64,000 bases of DNA from Macrostomum lignano (lineage: Eukaryota), in contig NIVC01000455.1 in assembly GCA_002269645.1 (NCBI GenBank), forward strand, positions 186,001-250,000. The letters run 5' to 3'. The stretch's first letter is position 1. Each line of letters starts with the position of its first letter. The notes beneath the pieces were generated by a model. That model did not search any database and had not been told where the DNA came from. It worked only from the letters and a program-made list of their open reading frames with translations. Of the stretch, positions 63,787-64,000 are shown one piece after another. The translations under genes were made by a program, and so were the position numbers.

Positions 63787-64000
63787 TAATCATCTACTAG
63801 ATCTATCTAATCAGCTACTAGATATATCTAATCATCTACTAGATCTATCTAATCAGCTACTAGATATATCTAATCATCTACTAGATCTATCTAATCATCT
63901 ACGAAATAAAAAAATCTATATATTCATCTACTAGATCTAAATAATAATGTACTAGATCTATCTAATCATCTACTAGATATATCTAATCATCTACTAGATC
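63787..64000. repeat. Minisatellite, 21-bp unit ATCTACTAGATCTATCTAATC
   Basis: Runs off the end of the window. Confidence 0.9.

Overview
Animal (metazoan) genomic DNA, heavily loaded with minisatellites and with GC-rich exons. The style resembles a Macrostomum-type flatworm genome, but that is inference only. Main contents: (1) A minus-strand Helitron at about 440-4902. It carries an internally deleted, spliced STPR-repeat/PIF1-helicase ORF and a 3-exon RPA70-like OB-fold gene, and further Helitron termini lie nearby. (2) A complete 17-exon CASK/LIN-2 gene on + (7034-41622; CaMK-L27-L27-PDZ-SH3-GUK). As assembled it is one base short at the exon 5 donor. Intron 9 holds a previously unannotated Cys-rich alternative first exon that would give a kinase-less isoform of about 510 aa. 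(3) A convergent minus-strand Ig+FN3 cell-adhesion gene with a GPI-type tail (6 exons found, 45961-58560, 5' end not identified). (4) About 40 tandem arrays, at least one in every CASK intron, several built from near-perfect transcription-factor or splice-site motifs. No rRNA, tRNA or CRISPR array was seen. All exon structures and counts were derived by hand and no database searches were run. Repeat boundaries are approximate.
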